Of a stretch of 64,000 bases of DNA, positions 19,948 through 34,900 are shown in pieces (position 1 is the stretch's first letter; every line of letters starts with the position of its first letter). Both the position numbers and the translations under genes were made by a program. The DNA comes from Euglena gracilis (Eukaryota): the NCBI GenBank assembly GCA_039621445.1, contig CP154954.1, forward strand, positions 46,355,847 through 46,419,846, read 5' to 3'. A model generated the notes under the pieces. It was not told the DNA's origin. It searched no databases and saw only the letters and a program-made list of their open reading frames with translations.

Positions 19948-22900
19948 ATGCCAGATTCGGACTCCGATATTGAGGTCGCTCAATGCTGTGCGTTCCCATT
20001 GTTCACTGGACTGCCCCAGATTTTGCAAGACGGTCGTGACCCTCTGCCGAGCATGCCCCTGGCTGACGCTGTTAGGCTATTGCCTGCAGAGCGGGTGTGG
20101 TACAACTGCTTAACTCTTTTCCAAGTCCTCTCCTGTCAGCCACCCGTCGACCCCGACGACCTCACCATCCAGTACCGCCAGCAGATGTTCGCCTACAGCC
20201 GGGCGGACTACAACCACGCCGCCTTCTGTGCGGCGGAGGGAGCGAACAGCGACCCAGCAACACACCCAACCCATTCGCCCCCTTCCGTGCGCGGGTGTAC
20301 CATGGTGGTAAAAGTGGAGGGGGACAGTTGCAGTGTTTGTGGTTTCCCTCAAAACTCGTGGGGGCAAGCGCCCCGTCATGTGTCACGAGTACCGCCACCT
20401 GTCGTGCACTGGTCTTGATGCCACCCGGTATGGCTCTTGGTGTTGCTCTCGGTGTGAGGGTGCACCCCGTCTTGTTTCCCCGTCGTAATATGTTTGCTTA
20501 CCGGCAATACGTTTTGCCCTGTAATCGCTATAGCTGTGGCAACCTGTATGCCTAGCAATCCCTTCCCCCTCCCCCTGGAAACTTCAGAACGCTCAGATGC
20601 TGCCGCCACTCATCAATCATATTCTGGCATTGTGCAGTTCTGCCTCTCATCCCTCTTCAGACAAGGAAATTTTCGTTGCTACGGTCGCATACGTACATTT
20701 TTTTTGGCATAAAAAAATAATCCAGATTCGGACGCCGGGGTTTTGGACAGAACCGGCGTTCCTAACGCCGGGTTTTAGGACAGAACTGGCGTCCGGAAAA
20801 CCCATGGGGGGGGGACGCCGGTTTTTTTCTGTCCTGAAACCCGTGCGTCTCAAAAGCCGGTTTAAAAAAACTCCACGCACCATGCCCCCCCCCATATGAA
20901 CCTCCTGGGGGAGGTAATAATGGAGTAAGAGCATGTCCCGCCAAAACAAACGTTTTTGTGGTTTTTTTTTTTTCCCCCTCCTTGGGCTTCCCCCCCTTTG
21001 TTTTTTCTTCCCAGTTCCCTTACAGGGGGTTTTTTTTTTCGTGGGGTGACCCCTTTTTTTTTTTTTTTTTTTTAGTCGTGACCCCGGGGGGGGAAGGCCT
21101 CGGGGGGGGGAGAAGCGGCCCCCCCCCGGAGGGGGGTGGGATATACTTTTTCAGCGCCGCAGGCGCTGAAAAAATTCTATTTTTTTGCACTTTTTGCCAT
21201 TTTTCGGACCCCCCCCCCCCCAGGGGGCCCCCCCAGGGGTGTGGGTGGGGGGGGGACCCCCCTCCCCCCCCCCCCCCGGTCTTAAAAAAAAAACCCCCTG
21301 AGTCCTACCCAAACCCGACCCGTCTTTGCTCTGGATGCCTTTTCCAACCCCCCCCTCCCTTGTGTACCCCTCCCACCCCCCATCAAGTTCCCCCCCCCCC
21401 CCCAATTTGGCCTCCCGGGGGGGGGGGGGGGAGGGGGGGGGGGGGTCCCAAACACCGGGGGGGGGGGGGTTTGTGGTTGGTGAGGGGTGACAAAATTTCC
21501 GGTTTCCGGCCGCTGGGCTGGGCTAGGTGCCGTGGGGACAACTACAGGGGGGCTTGTGTCATACATAACTAGTAAAAACTGACGGTGGGCGCCGGGCGGT
21601 CCCCAAGGCACCGAAGGCGCCAGGCCGGCCCTCGCTGAAAAAACCGTTTTATGCTGACGGGCGCCCGCACTCCCCCTCAAATGACAAAATTCCGGTACTT
21701 GTTTGCTAAGCGGGACTGCCACCGATTTATTTTTAAGTCGGAAAATTTCAGGGTTATCGAAGGAGTTGGGTAAGGGGATGCGACTCAGGCCGAAGTTAGG
21801 CCTAACTTCTGGCCTACTTTGGGTTTCCTAAGTTAGGCCAGAAGTTAGGCCCCCTAAAACCGTAACCTGACCAGGGGTGGGATAGAGGTAGAGGGATGGA
21901 GAGAGAGGTAGAGGTAGAGGTAAAGGTCACCTCTTACTCTACCATCCCTCTATGTCTCAGAAAAAACTTCTCAGAAAACTTTTAATGGGCCAAAACTTGT
22001 TTGTGCTTCTTGTACAGTCCCTAGCCGTAAAATTTCCCCCCCCCAGGGGAGGGGTTTTTTTTTGGGGCTATTTGTTTTGTTTTTGGCTCTTGGACCAGGG
22101 GGGGGGGGAATTTTCGGCCGTTTCGGGCACTTTGTCCCGTCCCTTTTCTATTCTTTTGAAGCCATGAAAGCCGAACCGGGAATTCGCGGAATTCATTTGC
22201 TGTATGTTTTTGTTGTGGGGTTGTTATGGGTATATTCCCGAACGCCTCTGTTCAGGGCGGTGGGTCTTATTGATAGATACATGCCGGGGATGGTTCAATG
22301 GACAAAAAACCAAAAGATTGCCAAAGGTCCTCGACCCAGGGGGCCATGCAAGTGGTGAAGCTGTGTTGCTGCCCCCTTGCATGTACAAAAAAAAAGTCCC
22401 AACCCACCTGCCTTAGCTGTTCCTCTGGGGCTGAAGGGGGGGGGGAGTTTTCGCCCGTTTCGGAGCCTTTTGCAAAAAACCAGGAAAAATTCCCCAAATT
22501 TTAAGGGGGGGGAGAATTTTCGGGGGGGGGGACAATTTACGGCTAGGGACTGTAATGTGAAAGCATGAGAAGACAGACATTGAGGTTACTTTCAAGTGCA
22601 CTTCGACCCAAAGTGAACTTGTCCAAGTCAACTTTGACCCAAGTGGGTTTGGGTCATTAATGGGACTTGGCAAAGTCCACTTCTCAAAGAAATACCTGTA
22701 CAGCAACTTTCGACATCGGAAGCCACCTGAAATCAGAAATTATCATTGAATCAAAAAAAGGACTTCTTTTTCGCACCTGCACCGCTTCCCCTTGGACAGA
22801 ATTGGAGCTGCTACCGCCACCCCCCCCTAAATGACCCCCCCCTAGATGACCCTTTGGGGGGTCCTGAAGCAACATCAATAGGGTCATTTAGGGGGGGGGG

Positions 22901-25900
22901 TAACAAGCACAGCTCTTGGAATCAAACAAAATCTTCTACCAAGCATTTTGTGGAAATAAGACTGTGTACAGAAAAAGTGTCATGACACTGCACCCCTCTA
23001 TGGGAATAGTCAGGGGGGGGGGCATGGTAAACCATAGTGGGCACGCCTGTGTTTTTTTGACGTTGTTTTTTTTGCTTTTTTTATATCTAACAATGTTATT
23101 TTTTTAGAAAAGCAAAAAACGCCCACAAGGTTTTGCATGGAAAAATTTTTGAATGAATATTTTCAACCATTTTTGGCAACTTCTGCCAAAAACTTCCTTC
23201 CACAAAAAATGAAAAAAGTCATAAAACTGCATTTTTTTGCATTTTGGGGATGTTTTTGAACATTTTTTTTTGCACTTTTTGAACATAGTGGGATTCGAAG
23301 TATGGTTTGGGTGTTTCATAATGAGTTTTTTTTCAATGAAATTTCCCTTTTGTTTTTGTTGATGTTTTCTTGGTCTTTTTTTTTTTCTTCAAAAAAACAC
23401 GTCGTTTTGTTTTTTTTTTGAAATAAAAGAATTCAACCATGGTGGGGACATCCAAATGTGGCAATGCCATCTTTGGGGTCAAAAACTTTCTCACCCATCT
23501 GTGAAGGAGAATAGCAAAAAAAATTGGAGGGGAAATTTCTCGGGGGGGGGGGGGCAAAAAAATTTTGAGGAACAAAACTCTCGGGGGGGAGGCGCGGGGG
23601 GGGCCTGCCCCCCCCCCAGTTTCTACACCAATGGTTGGATCAACCATGCTCTGCCCAATTACGTAACCAAACCCCGAACTCAACCAGTCAACTGAACCAG
23701 TTGGCATCCAAAATGATGTCAACCGGATTGCGTTTGTGCCCCAGGGTACCTCAAACACATTGAACCACCTTTAGGGGTTTAATTCTGATGTTTCTGATCT
23801 GAAAACTGTGTCCAGAACTCCGGTTCGGGCGTGAAGCCGTGTTTCAGAACGCCGGTTCGGGCTGCCGCCCGAACCGGCGTTCTGGACACAGTTGTTGAAA
23901 CCGTGGATTATTGTTGAAACCGTGGATTAGGGGCTCTGGCTTCGCCCTAAATACCCATTTTTCGAACATTTTTGGGCATTTTTGGACTCCTTTGGGTGCA
24001 TGGCCATGTCGATCGGCCGATTGAAGTTTTCACAAATGTGATTTACCCATCGATCGAAAGCTCTTCTCAAGGGCTTTTGACAGATGGCCACAGGATTCAG
24101 CCATTATGCACACAGCGCTTATTTTCAGCGATTGTGCATTCCAAAATTTGACATCTTAATTTCACCTCAGGTGCCATACAGCATATCAATTGAAAGCTCT
24201 CCCCAAGACCTTTCGCTTGGTACCCTCAGAACTCAGCTACTCTGCAGAGCACTCTGAAAATCGGCCATCGCATTTTCCAACCCTGTTTGCAAAGTTGAAA
24301 TTCCTATGTTTCACCACCCATGTTGCTCATCGATCGAAAGCTTTTCTCAAGGGCTTTCAGCAGATGGGCTTAGATTCCAGCCGTGCTGCATGGTATTCTA
24401 TTTCAAAAATTCCCCAAATTTGGCCAAATGGAAATTGTTGCACAAAATACCCCAATATCTGGCCAACTACCCCCCCAAAAACTGCTCAGATGTGATTGCC
24501 ACGTGTCTGCTTACCATTTTGAACGCTTTTTGGTACTTTTTATTTTCGGTCCCCCTGGCGCCGTCTTCCCCCACGAAACGGCGAAGCGGTAGACTGGGTG
24601 GGGGGGTAGTGGTTAGGGGGGGGAACTAACCCGGACGGGATTAGACGAAATATTCAAGGTTTAAGGAGGTGGATAGTCAAATTGCTGTCATGTAGTGACG
24701 CACAACCCCATGTTTCGGAGGCCTGAACAAACGGGATTCGGTTTGGGTACGGTGGAAAAGAGGACGGGAAATGGGGGCTGGTAACGGGGTCCGGTGTTCG
24801 GGGAAGCGAAGCCAGTTGTAGTGTGGTTGCATCCCGAACGCGAAGCGATAGCTATAAGAGGTAAACTGTTCCCCTTCCCCCCCCCCCCCTCGCCCCACCG
24901 GTCGTTGTTTGGTCCCGGCTGCCTCCCGATCATCTTTACACTGGGGGGGCAATACCAACATTATGGGGGCTTCACCCTTGTGGCCCACTAATTTCTCTTT
25001 CGTGTCAGAGGAGGGGGTGAAAAGATACAAAAGAAGAGACATCCCTCTCGCCCAGTCTTAAAACCCTGTCTGCAATTACGATTGATCACCATAGGCACTT
25101 CCATACCGACTCCTAACCTTATTTAGACCGATGTCCCACAGTCAATACAATCCCGTGTGATTGCCAGCTGGGGTTTGAGTAGGATTTATTCGGGGGGTGT
25201 GAGCAAAAGTGGGGGGCAGGTGGGGTATAGAGGGTTTGGGGGGTTACTCTCCGCGACCGTTCGACCAATTGGGCCACCCCCACCCCAGTCGGGCGATCCG
25301 GTACTCCCTTAGGTGGTAGTCGGCCAACTAGTCGGCCGACTACCCCTCTAATATAACTAACGGGTCAACCGCCGACATTTAAGCCCCCCCCCATGAACAA
25401 AATCCAATGCAATCTAGTCGGTGTCTAGTTGGCTGTCATAAAAATGTTCTTTGCCGTGCCCAAATCTCCCGGAAATGGTCCGGATGGGTCCAAATAAGTG
25501 TCTTACGCCTAAATAAAACACCCCCAGATGGAAATCTTTGGTCAGTGGGGGGTCGGTGGGCCCTTGGTGGGGGTCCGGAGGGGTAAAAAACCAATGATGA
25601 TGAACAGGGATTACATTAAAATCCTTTAGAAATGCAATCTGCAATCTGCGTTTTGCATCACGAGAGGCAGAGAAAACTCCCCCTCCACCCCAATCCGAGA
25701 CTCAAATAACAAAATCCCTTCTGTGTTGGCAACGTACTCGGGGGCTAAGTCGTTTTTGTGGCTCACTTTGGCATAGGCGGGGGGGCTCCGCCCCCCCGCA
25801 CCCCCCCCCCCCCCTCAAATAACAAAATCCCTTCTGTGTTGGCAACATACTCGGGGGCTAAGTCGTTTTTGTGGCTCACTTTGGCATAGGCGGGGGGGCT

Positions 25901-28900
25901 CCGCCCCCCCCGCACCCCCCCCCTCAAATAACAAAATCCCTTCTCTGTTGGCAACATACTCGGGGGCTAAGTCGTTTTTTGTGGCTCACTTTGGCATAGG
26001 CGGGGGGGGCTCCGCCCCCCCCGCACCCCCCCCCCTCAAATAACAAAATCCCTTCTCTGTTGGCAACATATTCGGGGGGTAAATCGTTTTTTGGCTCCCT
26101 TTGGCATAGGCGGGGGGGGCTCCGCCCCCCCCCCCGCACCCCCCCCTCAAATAACAAAATCCCTTCTGTGTTGGCAACATACTCGGGGGCTAAGTCGTTT
26201 TTGTGGCTTACTTTGGCATAGGCGGGGGGGGCTCCGCCCCCCCCGCACCCCCCCCCCTCAAATAACAAAATCCCTTCTATGTTGGCTATAGACTTGGGGG
26301 ATAAGAACCTTTTTTTTTGTAATTTTTGACTTATACTGAAAATTCAATGGGGAGAGGTGTACTTTTGTCAAAAGTGGCCCAAAATGGACATTTTCCCCCA
26401 ATTTTTTTGCATATTCACCCCCGATTGGGGGGTTCTGGAGCCATTTGGGTCGGTTTTGACCGGCGTTGAGGTGATTTAGACATTTTTTTTTTACCAGGGT
26501 GGGTGCGTAAAAGTCGAGGGTTTTGAGCAGTTGGTACATTAGAGTGGGTAGTCGGCCGACTACCCACCCGACTACCCACTACCCCCCGCCGACTAGCCAC
26601 CGACCAATTTTGCCCATAAACTACAAGTTCTAAAAAAGAAAAGAAGACCGACGTATGTCGGTTACCATTAGTCGGCCGCCTAGTCCGTTAGGACCAATTG
26701 GGTAGTCGGCCGACTAGTCGGCCGACTACCCACTACCCACCCCCCCCCCAATTCTACCTTTTGGCACTCACCCGAACCGGCGTTCTGGACGCCGGTTCGG
26801 TGCAGAAATTCTGCACCGAACCGGCGTCCAGAACGCCGGTTCGGGCGGGAAGCCAGAGCCCCAATACACGGTTTCAAGCACATTCCAATGTGTTTCCCCA
26901 AAAAAAAAGAGATTGAAAGATCCCCCCCACTGGACTCAGGGTAAATTTTCGGCAAGGTTGAAGACTTTACGGAATCCCCCATGAAGAAGAAAGAAGAAAT
27001 TTGTATAATTTTTGCCATAATTTTGGACATTTTTGCCAGAATTTTTGGAACCTTTTTGAAAATAAAAAGACTACTTTTTTTCACAGATTTGGGACTGTGG
27101 TCTGACAGTTTTTAAACTTTTTTGCAAGTTTTTGGGCCTTGCAATTTTTTTGTTCCCCTTTGCCTGCGGTGTGTTTTCTTTGTTGAATGCCTGTCCATCC
27201 AGCTTTTTTGAGGAGGTTTTTTGTTTTTTTTCCTCCCCCAAACAATCCAGGGCTTCTTTGCTCTCCATTACCCTTTAACCGATTGGTTAATTGTACCCCC
27301 CCCCTCAATTAGTCGATTTACTGCGGGGGTCATGGTTAGTTAACTGACCGTTGGTTAAACAAACAACCCTGGGTGGGGGAGAAAGTTCAAAAGTGCAAAA
27401 ACCTACGCTAGTTGTTGGAAGTGCAGACAAAAATACGGGAGACAAAAAATATGGGAAACCACCCCGATTTTCCCATAATTTTTCCCCCGTAATTTTTGTC
27501 CGGCGTACCTTTCCTACGCCCTTCATATGTGGTGACTCCAAAGAGGTTCGCAAAACACAAACCAAAGAGTGAAAGTCCCAATGGACAGAGAACACTGTCC
27601 AAGGTCTAAATGGGGCAAACTGCAGAGGTGTGGTCAGAAAAGCAACCATCGCAGACATGGTCACCACACACAACACATTTGCACCGCACAAAAAAAAAAT
27701 TGAAAAACCTGAAAATTTATCTCGTTGTCTTCCAAAATGAAAATCTTCCCATAATTAATATTTTCAAAAGTAAAATTTTCCCATATTTTTTTCCGTAATT
27801 TTTGTCTCCTGTAATTTTTGTCTTCACTGCAGATGCCCAAGGAAATGTCTCACATCTCAATATTTGGGGTAACAATGTGCTGATGGTAAAATGCAGCTGG
27901 TTTACATTTACCTTTTTGGGGGCTCAAAAAGCGCTTGCGCCATCCACTCATCCACTCATCACACAAGGTCAACCTTCCGCTTGTGCTTGTCACCTCCCCC
28001 TTGAATGGTGTTCCGACACATGACGGACAACATGACAGGATGCAAGATTATGGGAACCAAAATAGCAGGGAAAAGTGATGGCAAAATTTCGATTTTTGGA
28101 AAATGGATGGATTTTTGGGGGTTGAAAACATTTTCTTGGGTTGAAGACATTTGGGCCATCAGAGCTCGCTTTCTTTCCAGAGCTTTGCGAATGCCTTGTG
28201 TGGATACACTTCCTCTCTGGTCCTCCACTTTGCCATTGGTGTTGTCAGATGACACACCATAGGGGGGCTTCTGAAGGTAGAAACGATCTGGGGGCTGATT
28301 CCCCAATGAAGTTGGTTAGTGTTTGCGATTGCTCCCCTGTATTCCCCCCCCCCTTTCCCACCAACCTGTACTAACCGGATGCGAAACCCTCATTGAACCC
28401 CCGACAACCCCCTACCTGGGGGGTCATGCCTGCTCTTTGGACCTGCAACCCTTGAACAGGGGGGGGGGGGCAAGACCAGGTCCCAAAACCTGTTTATCCG
28501 CAAAGGTCTCTTCTTTGGGGGGAGGGTGGCCGTACCTGACCTGCAACTCCATTGTGTACACGATAGATTTCGCATCTGCCTAGGAAACAACATTTTTTGT
28601 TCAAATGCATTTGCCCAGAGGTGACAACAGTTTTTTTGCGCCGAAAAAATTTGCATTCCGTCTTTTGATTTTTTTTTAAAAAAAAGGCTCACAGACGCCA
28701 CTATCCATCTCCAAGGCACCCAGATCCGACCGGGGGGAGCACAGCCAAAGGTATTTAGGAACTCGCTTGACACCAATTTGTCTGCACATTACCTCTCAAA
28801 AATGTCTTTGCATTACACCCAGAATATTTCCAATTTTTTTGCAAAATTTTTGCACTTGGCAAAATCGAGCCCGCCGGCCTTTGAGGTTCTTGAAGGGGAC

Positions 28901-31900
28901 TGCTTAGTCTCTTTGAAACCACCTCCAGCCTCACGTAGAAATCAGAGAGGCACCCCTTTTATCATTGACAAAAAACCCAGGACTTAAAGGTTTGGCTTCA
29001 GGAGACACACTCCCAACCAACAATTACCTTGGACCAAAAAAAATGCGTGACAAATCTGTTTTCAGACTTTTTTTTGGAACCAAATTGTTGGCAAGTTCAA
29101 TTTAGGATCTAAAAATAGCTCGCAGAACAAGTACGGAGTCACAATTGCCCCAATTGTGTCATATTATCTTTCAAAATTTGCCACCATTTCCCATTTTTCA
29201 TTTTCCATACCCACACATCCCATTGAGAAAGAAAATGGTTGTTTTTTTTCACCAGTTGATTCAAGGCATACCAAAAACAGTTGGTTATCCCTGATGCGTG
29301 GTCCCTGAGCACAGTGCATGCTCGCTGTGGCTAGCTTCAACTGAGGTTGTTCCAATTGATCGATCTTTGTAATCAGCTGACGAGTCGGCAAAATACCCAC
29401 TCTGATGTATTAACAGGTCAAGTTCGCCAACTTTCAAGCCCCCTCCCCCCCAGAAAAGAATCCTATTCAGATAAAAATGCTCTCCGGTTGAATGCGAACC
29501 TCATCGGCTGTCACCTGCACTGCTCTGCAGTTTGTCTGCAGTGCAGTCCTTTGCAGTTCATGTCGCAAAATTTTCTTGTGATGCATTTTTCTCAGTCCTC
29601 CAAAAGAACACACAGTTCAAAAATTCACATTTGCACAAATGGTAAATTTGAAATGAAATTGGCAATTGAGCTCCTTAAATCCTTTTCCCTTGAAAAGTTT
29701 TCGGAAGTCTTCAGCCTTTGACCAATTTTCAGCTGGCCAATTTTTTCCCCAAAGAGTCTGGTCTGCATTACTCAAACAAGGAGTCAGGCATCAGCGCTTT
29801 GTGGGCGCCAAGTTGTCTGATACCAATGGGAAGTTTGGTGTTGGAGTGCAATGTTAAGGAAAGTGGAAATCGATGCTTGCAATTTTTCAATCACTGTTGA
29901 TTATCAAAGCTTCTGAGCAAAGGATTGAGGGGTGGAACATTGCACGGCCTGCTGCTGTTTGAATTGCTGCTGATCACAGATGTGCAACACTTTGATGCAG
30001 CTCCTTCTTTTCTACCAATGATGCACCACCCCGGTGCTGTTTCTTTTTGTTCTTTGTCTCCTGAACCTCACCGCTCCCTGGGCCGTATGATTGCAGGCGG
30101 CAGCGCCTTCTGCCCCTGCCCTGGAAGAGAGTGTGAGGTGCAGTGGACCACGTTGTCCAAAAGGGGGGCATTGTGGTTCTGTGAGGCTGCTGTTGCATTG
30201 TGTACCGTGCACAGATGTTCTCTCCTGGAGAAGAAATTGTCCAGCTACGAGGCCTGCCAGATGACACAAATGATTCAAATATCAAGACCCAAATTCAGGT
30301 TACTTGCAGATTTCGTGCTTTTGGGGGTCTGTCTTCCTCTAACACATTGGCCGCGCCATTTTGTGCTGCCAACTTCGGGGGGGGGGTATAGAGAGAGAGA
30401 GAGGGAGATTTTGAGATGATCATTCATCCCAATGTAAATAGCTCCTATCTTTTTTGCACACCTTCATACAATCAACTTTCGAGTTGCACACCTTCATGCA
30501 ATCAACACCCCAGACATAACTTTGAAACAGGGGCTTTTTTCAGTCTTGGACCGGGGGGGGGGGGGTAGGGTGGGTGGGTCTGGCCAAGCCCCCCCAGGGG
30601 GGCGGGTACCCCCAAAAAGGGGTGGGATATACTTTTTGGCACCTGTGGCGCCGAAAATTTTTGAAAAGGTGCTATTTTTAGCATTTTTCGTGTTTTTTTG
30701 GACTTTTTTGGGGGAAAGTGGGTTGGGTCCCCCAGGACTCCCCACCCCCGGGGGTGTGGGGGGACCCCCCCGGTCTTGAAAAAAACCCTGCATTGAAATT
30801 GCCGTCATTTTCAGCTTTTTCAGGCCTTTCAAAGGTATGGGGCAGGGTTTTTTTTAAGTTGAGGCCAGGGTGCGGATTCAGAAAATTTGACCCCTCCCAG
30901 GGGGTCAAATAAACCCTCCCCCTGGATGGAAGCCCCCCCCCCCCAATAGAAGCCTCGGTTTTCGACCAACGTTCCGAATAATGCCCCCCCCCCCCCGAAA
31001 AGTCTGCCCCGTGGTTGGCTTCTTCAGCCATTGGTTAAATGAGGCTCTGAGCTGGACCTGGGGGGGAGTCCCTGGTTGAGGCCGACAGAGGCAGGCACTC
31101 CGAGGCACCAGATCCTGCCCCCCCCCCCCCCGAAGGAGGGCACATGGCCAAAAGTGCCAGGGCACTCAGCCAGGACACTGCCTCAAAGGCGCTAGACGCC
31201 CAGGAAACCACATTTTTGGGCAGTTTTTTTTGCCCAGAACCAGGCAGACCCCCCCCCCCGGGGTGCCTGCCTGCCTGCCAAAAACTGCCACCAGAAAAAC
31301 TGGAGGAGGTGGTGGGGGGTGGTCGACCCCCCCACCCACCACCCACCACCCTAGCTGTTTGGCCGATTCCCGTTCTGCCCTGGTGGGTGGTCCCAGCCCC
31401 CCCCCCCCCCGGGGTCCTTGGCCACAGGCCTAGGTCACTGGGAATGAAAAGGCTCAAATTCAACAGATCTCGACCACTGTGAAAAAAAAAATCCTTGGGG
31501 TCACTCCCACCCTTCCCAAAACCATTCCGCCACTTTTCCTTTGGAACATCAGTGTGACTAGCAACCCCTGGGGGCTTCTTTCAGGAAGGAAGAATCAACC
31601 AGAATTTTCTTGTGCCTTCAGCGCCAGTTCACTTTGGCGTTTCTTTGACGACCCACCTGGGGGGGGGGGGGGTGAAAAGGGGTCTGAAACCGGGGGTCGG
31701 CCAGTGACTGAATGATAATATGCCCTGGGTTATGAACCTTGAATGTGTTTTTGCTCTGGATTCATGCACAGAAAAATTTAAACCATTTGTGGGAAATGTT
31801 CATTTTTTTTATTAAAAAGAACGTTTCAAATGTTGCACAAAACAGTTGCAAACTTTGGGACCAGATTAAAATGAAAAGGAAATGCAAAGAAAATGCTCCA

Positions 31901-34900
31901 TGCCTTACATTGCGCCATCATGTCAACAACGTAACAATGTTTGTTTATTGGCCCTCCGCAGGATGCACCCCCCCCCCCCGCGCTGGTCACAGGCAATTGC
32001 TTAAGCACTGACCGACCCCCCCCCCCCCGGGGGGTCGGTGACTGGTTTTTTTCAGAGTGACTGACTGGTTTTTGGCCCGGACCCCCTCCCCCCCTCGGGG
32101 GGGGGAGGTCAGCCAGGAGTGGGAAAAAAGGACTGGGGAGAGACCGGCGCAGACAGCGCCGGAAAATTGTTTGGGGCCTAAAATGGCCTAAAGTGACTGG
32201 AAAGTGGCCGTTTTTCTGAGTGGCCGACCCCCCCAGTCACTACCCCCCCACCCCCGGGGGGGTGTAGTGACTGGCTGGTTTTTTGAAAATGAGTGACTGA
32301 CTGGTTTTTAAAAAAAGCGGAGTGACCAACCCCCCCCCCCCGGTGGTCGGTGAGCAATTGTATGGCTGGTCAAATCCCGCCTTGCATGGGGGCGGTCCAG
32401 CCAGTCAGCACCATTTTCCCAGCCACTGGCTCCTTTCCAGCCTTGGTGGCTTCCATTTAGGGAGGGGGCCCAGTGGGCCGGGGCTTCTGATTGGGGTTCA
32501 ACAAGGGTTCAACGGGTTACAATGGCATCGGCGTTTGCATCAAAAAAAAATACGTTTGTCAAAGAATGCTGTTACAACTCTGTTGATCACAACGTGCAGG
32601 CTGTTTATGGGCCTGTGGATTGGGTCATCACGTTGGCGCGCAACGGAGGGCGGATTGGATTCCTGACGTTCAAGGATGCAGAGACCGCAAGACAACTGAT
32701 AGCAGCAGGAAGGTTGGAGGTTGCTGGCACAACTGTCACAGCAAGCCGCGCGGTTCCAGCTGATTTGCAAGGAGTGCCAGAGGAAGCTGAAGGTCTGCAA
32801 ACCGATTCCTCCAGTGCAAGTGTTTGCCAACCTCACCCTCGTTATAACCCCCCCCCATTTTTAACCCAGTTTTGAATAGTGCTGCGCTCTTTGCGATGAG
32901 ACCCCCCACGCCCCCCCCCACCACCCCCGCCCCTCCCCCCTCTGAGGGGGGCGAGGGCGCCAATTTATTTTGCCATATATGCCCCCTCTACCCCCCCCCA
33001 CACCCTCCCACTTCCCTTTTTTTAAGGACACTGCTTACTTTGATGTTTTTCGTTTAAAAAATGGTTGGGCCGGGCGGGGGGGGGGGTGTTGGGGTAAAAC
33101 GGAAGAAAAATTTCTCCTCATCTTTGCATTTTTGGAATCGCTGTAAAATTTCTTTTGTATGTTGGGGTCATTTGTGTCGTCAAATAAACAAAAAAAAAAT
33201 TCATTTCAACGAAAACCAAAAGCATTTTGATTTTTACCTGGGGGGGTCTGGGGGTTTATAAGTGGGGGGTTTGGAGATATGGATTCATTTGGCAAAGCCT
33301 GGGAGGTTTTGATGTTTTCTTGAAGCAACCCCCCCCCCCCGGGTTCTGTGCTGCTGAAAAGAAAGCCTGTTTTGGGGTCGATTTTTTTATGGAGGGAATG
33401 TTTCCTTTTTGCGTGTAATGTGCACAGCTGCATATGTGAGGTGCTGGATAAAATATTACAAGATTTGGCAGCATCCACAGCAGGGGTGTTAATTATTTGT
33501 ACACCCCCAAATTTTGTGGGTGGTACCCAACCCCCAGCCCCAAAGCCTCTGCAGCCCATGGGATATCACACCCTGCCCCACGCAGCAATGCCCCAGCCAG
33601 CTCTGCTGCCTTGCACTGACGAGTTTCACGAGAGCCAAATTTTTATGATTTCTGCCCCTCTCGTTCACCCCTCCAACCCCAGCTTAGGCGAGGGGGGCGA
33701 GGTGGTCCATATGGGGTGGGTAGCTTTGGACCCCACCTTTGAACAACACATGATGGCAACCCTGTCAACGCAGGTTGAGAGTGCAGTGACTCTCCCAAGG
33801 TGGCCATTTTGGGCAATTTCAGCCCAAAATGGTTACCTTGGCAGACTCTCAGCCTGTTTTGACAGGGTTGCCATCATGTGTTGTTCAAAGGTGGGGTCAA
33901 GGATTCTGCGCCTTGACTCGATGTTGGACCAAGGCACAAACAGCACTTTCAGCAATCCATGATATTGACTGACAGTGGACCGGGTGTGGGTTTCGGCGCC
34001 ACCGAAATTTTTTTGGGAAATCCCCCCCGGTGGGCCGAGTTTTTGGGGTCCCCCCGGGGGGGGGGGGTCCCGGTCCGGGGCTGGGGGGGTGGGGGGACCC
34101 AACTCAGTGCCCTGATGTTCTTGCCTTTGTGAAGAATTCTAAGTGTTTTCATCATTGCCACGTCAAAGATTTTGTAATCTGGTCAATTATCTCAATTTTT
34201 TTCCACAGGTGATCAGAAGAGTGTCTGGCTTGCGAAGTTGGAGAAGGTTGCATCTTTCCTGCTTCATCAGAGCTATCCTCATAATTCATGTTTATGGATG
34301 CATGAATGTATGGAAATATAGCATGTTACAACTGGCGCCCTCCATATTCTTAGTTGGTTGACAAACCCTCGCAAAGAAATCTCAGAGTTCATTTTGACTT
34401 TTCTCCATTTTTGACATTTTGACATTTTGACAAAAATTGTGACAGAAATTCCAGAACGTTTTGACAGAGTTTTTTCCCCCAAATCCCAAAAATCCCAAAA
34501 CGCATTTGCGCCAACCGACCTGGTGTGCATTTGTACAAAGGGATGCAATCAAGTGTCATGGCGCACAAACAGGCCTCGCTCCTGAGCCTTTCTAAACAAC
34601 AATAAGCGGAAGGGCTTACAACGCAGTCTCTCTCTGAAAACATACAGATGCATTGAAAGAACACTGGTATCAGACACCAGGTCGGAATAAGTAAAGGTCA
34701 GTTTGCGAAGTTGCGCATGTGGCATGACACATTTGTGCACACCAACCACGTGTGTAAAGATGCACGCCGTCGAAGTACGAAATTGGCACACCATTATGAC
34801 GTGTGCATTTGCGTCCACAATAACAAAATTTCAGACAGAACACATCAAACATGACCCCAAACCCCACCTTCAATGGCTCCTTGGGAAGTACAATTTCATC

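Noticed and set aside
25701-26300. CRISPR-like periodicity
   Set aside because: Whole units repeat with no unique spacers, there are no cas genes, and the context is eukaryotic.
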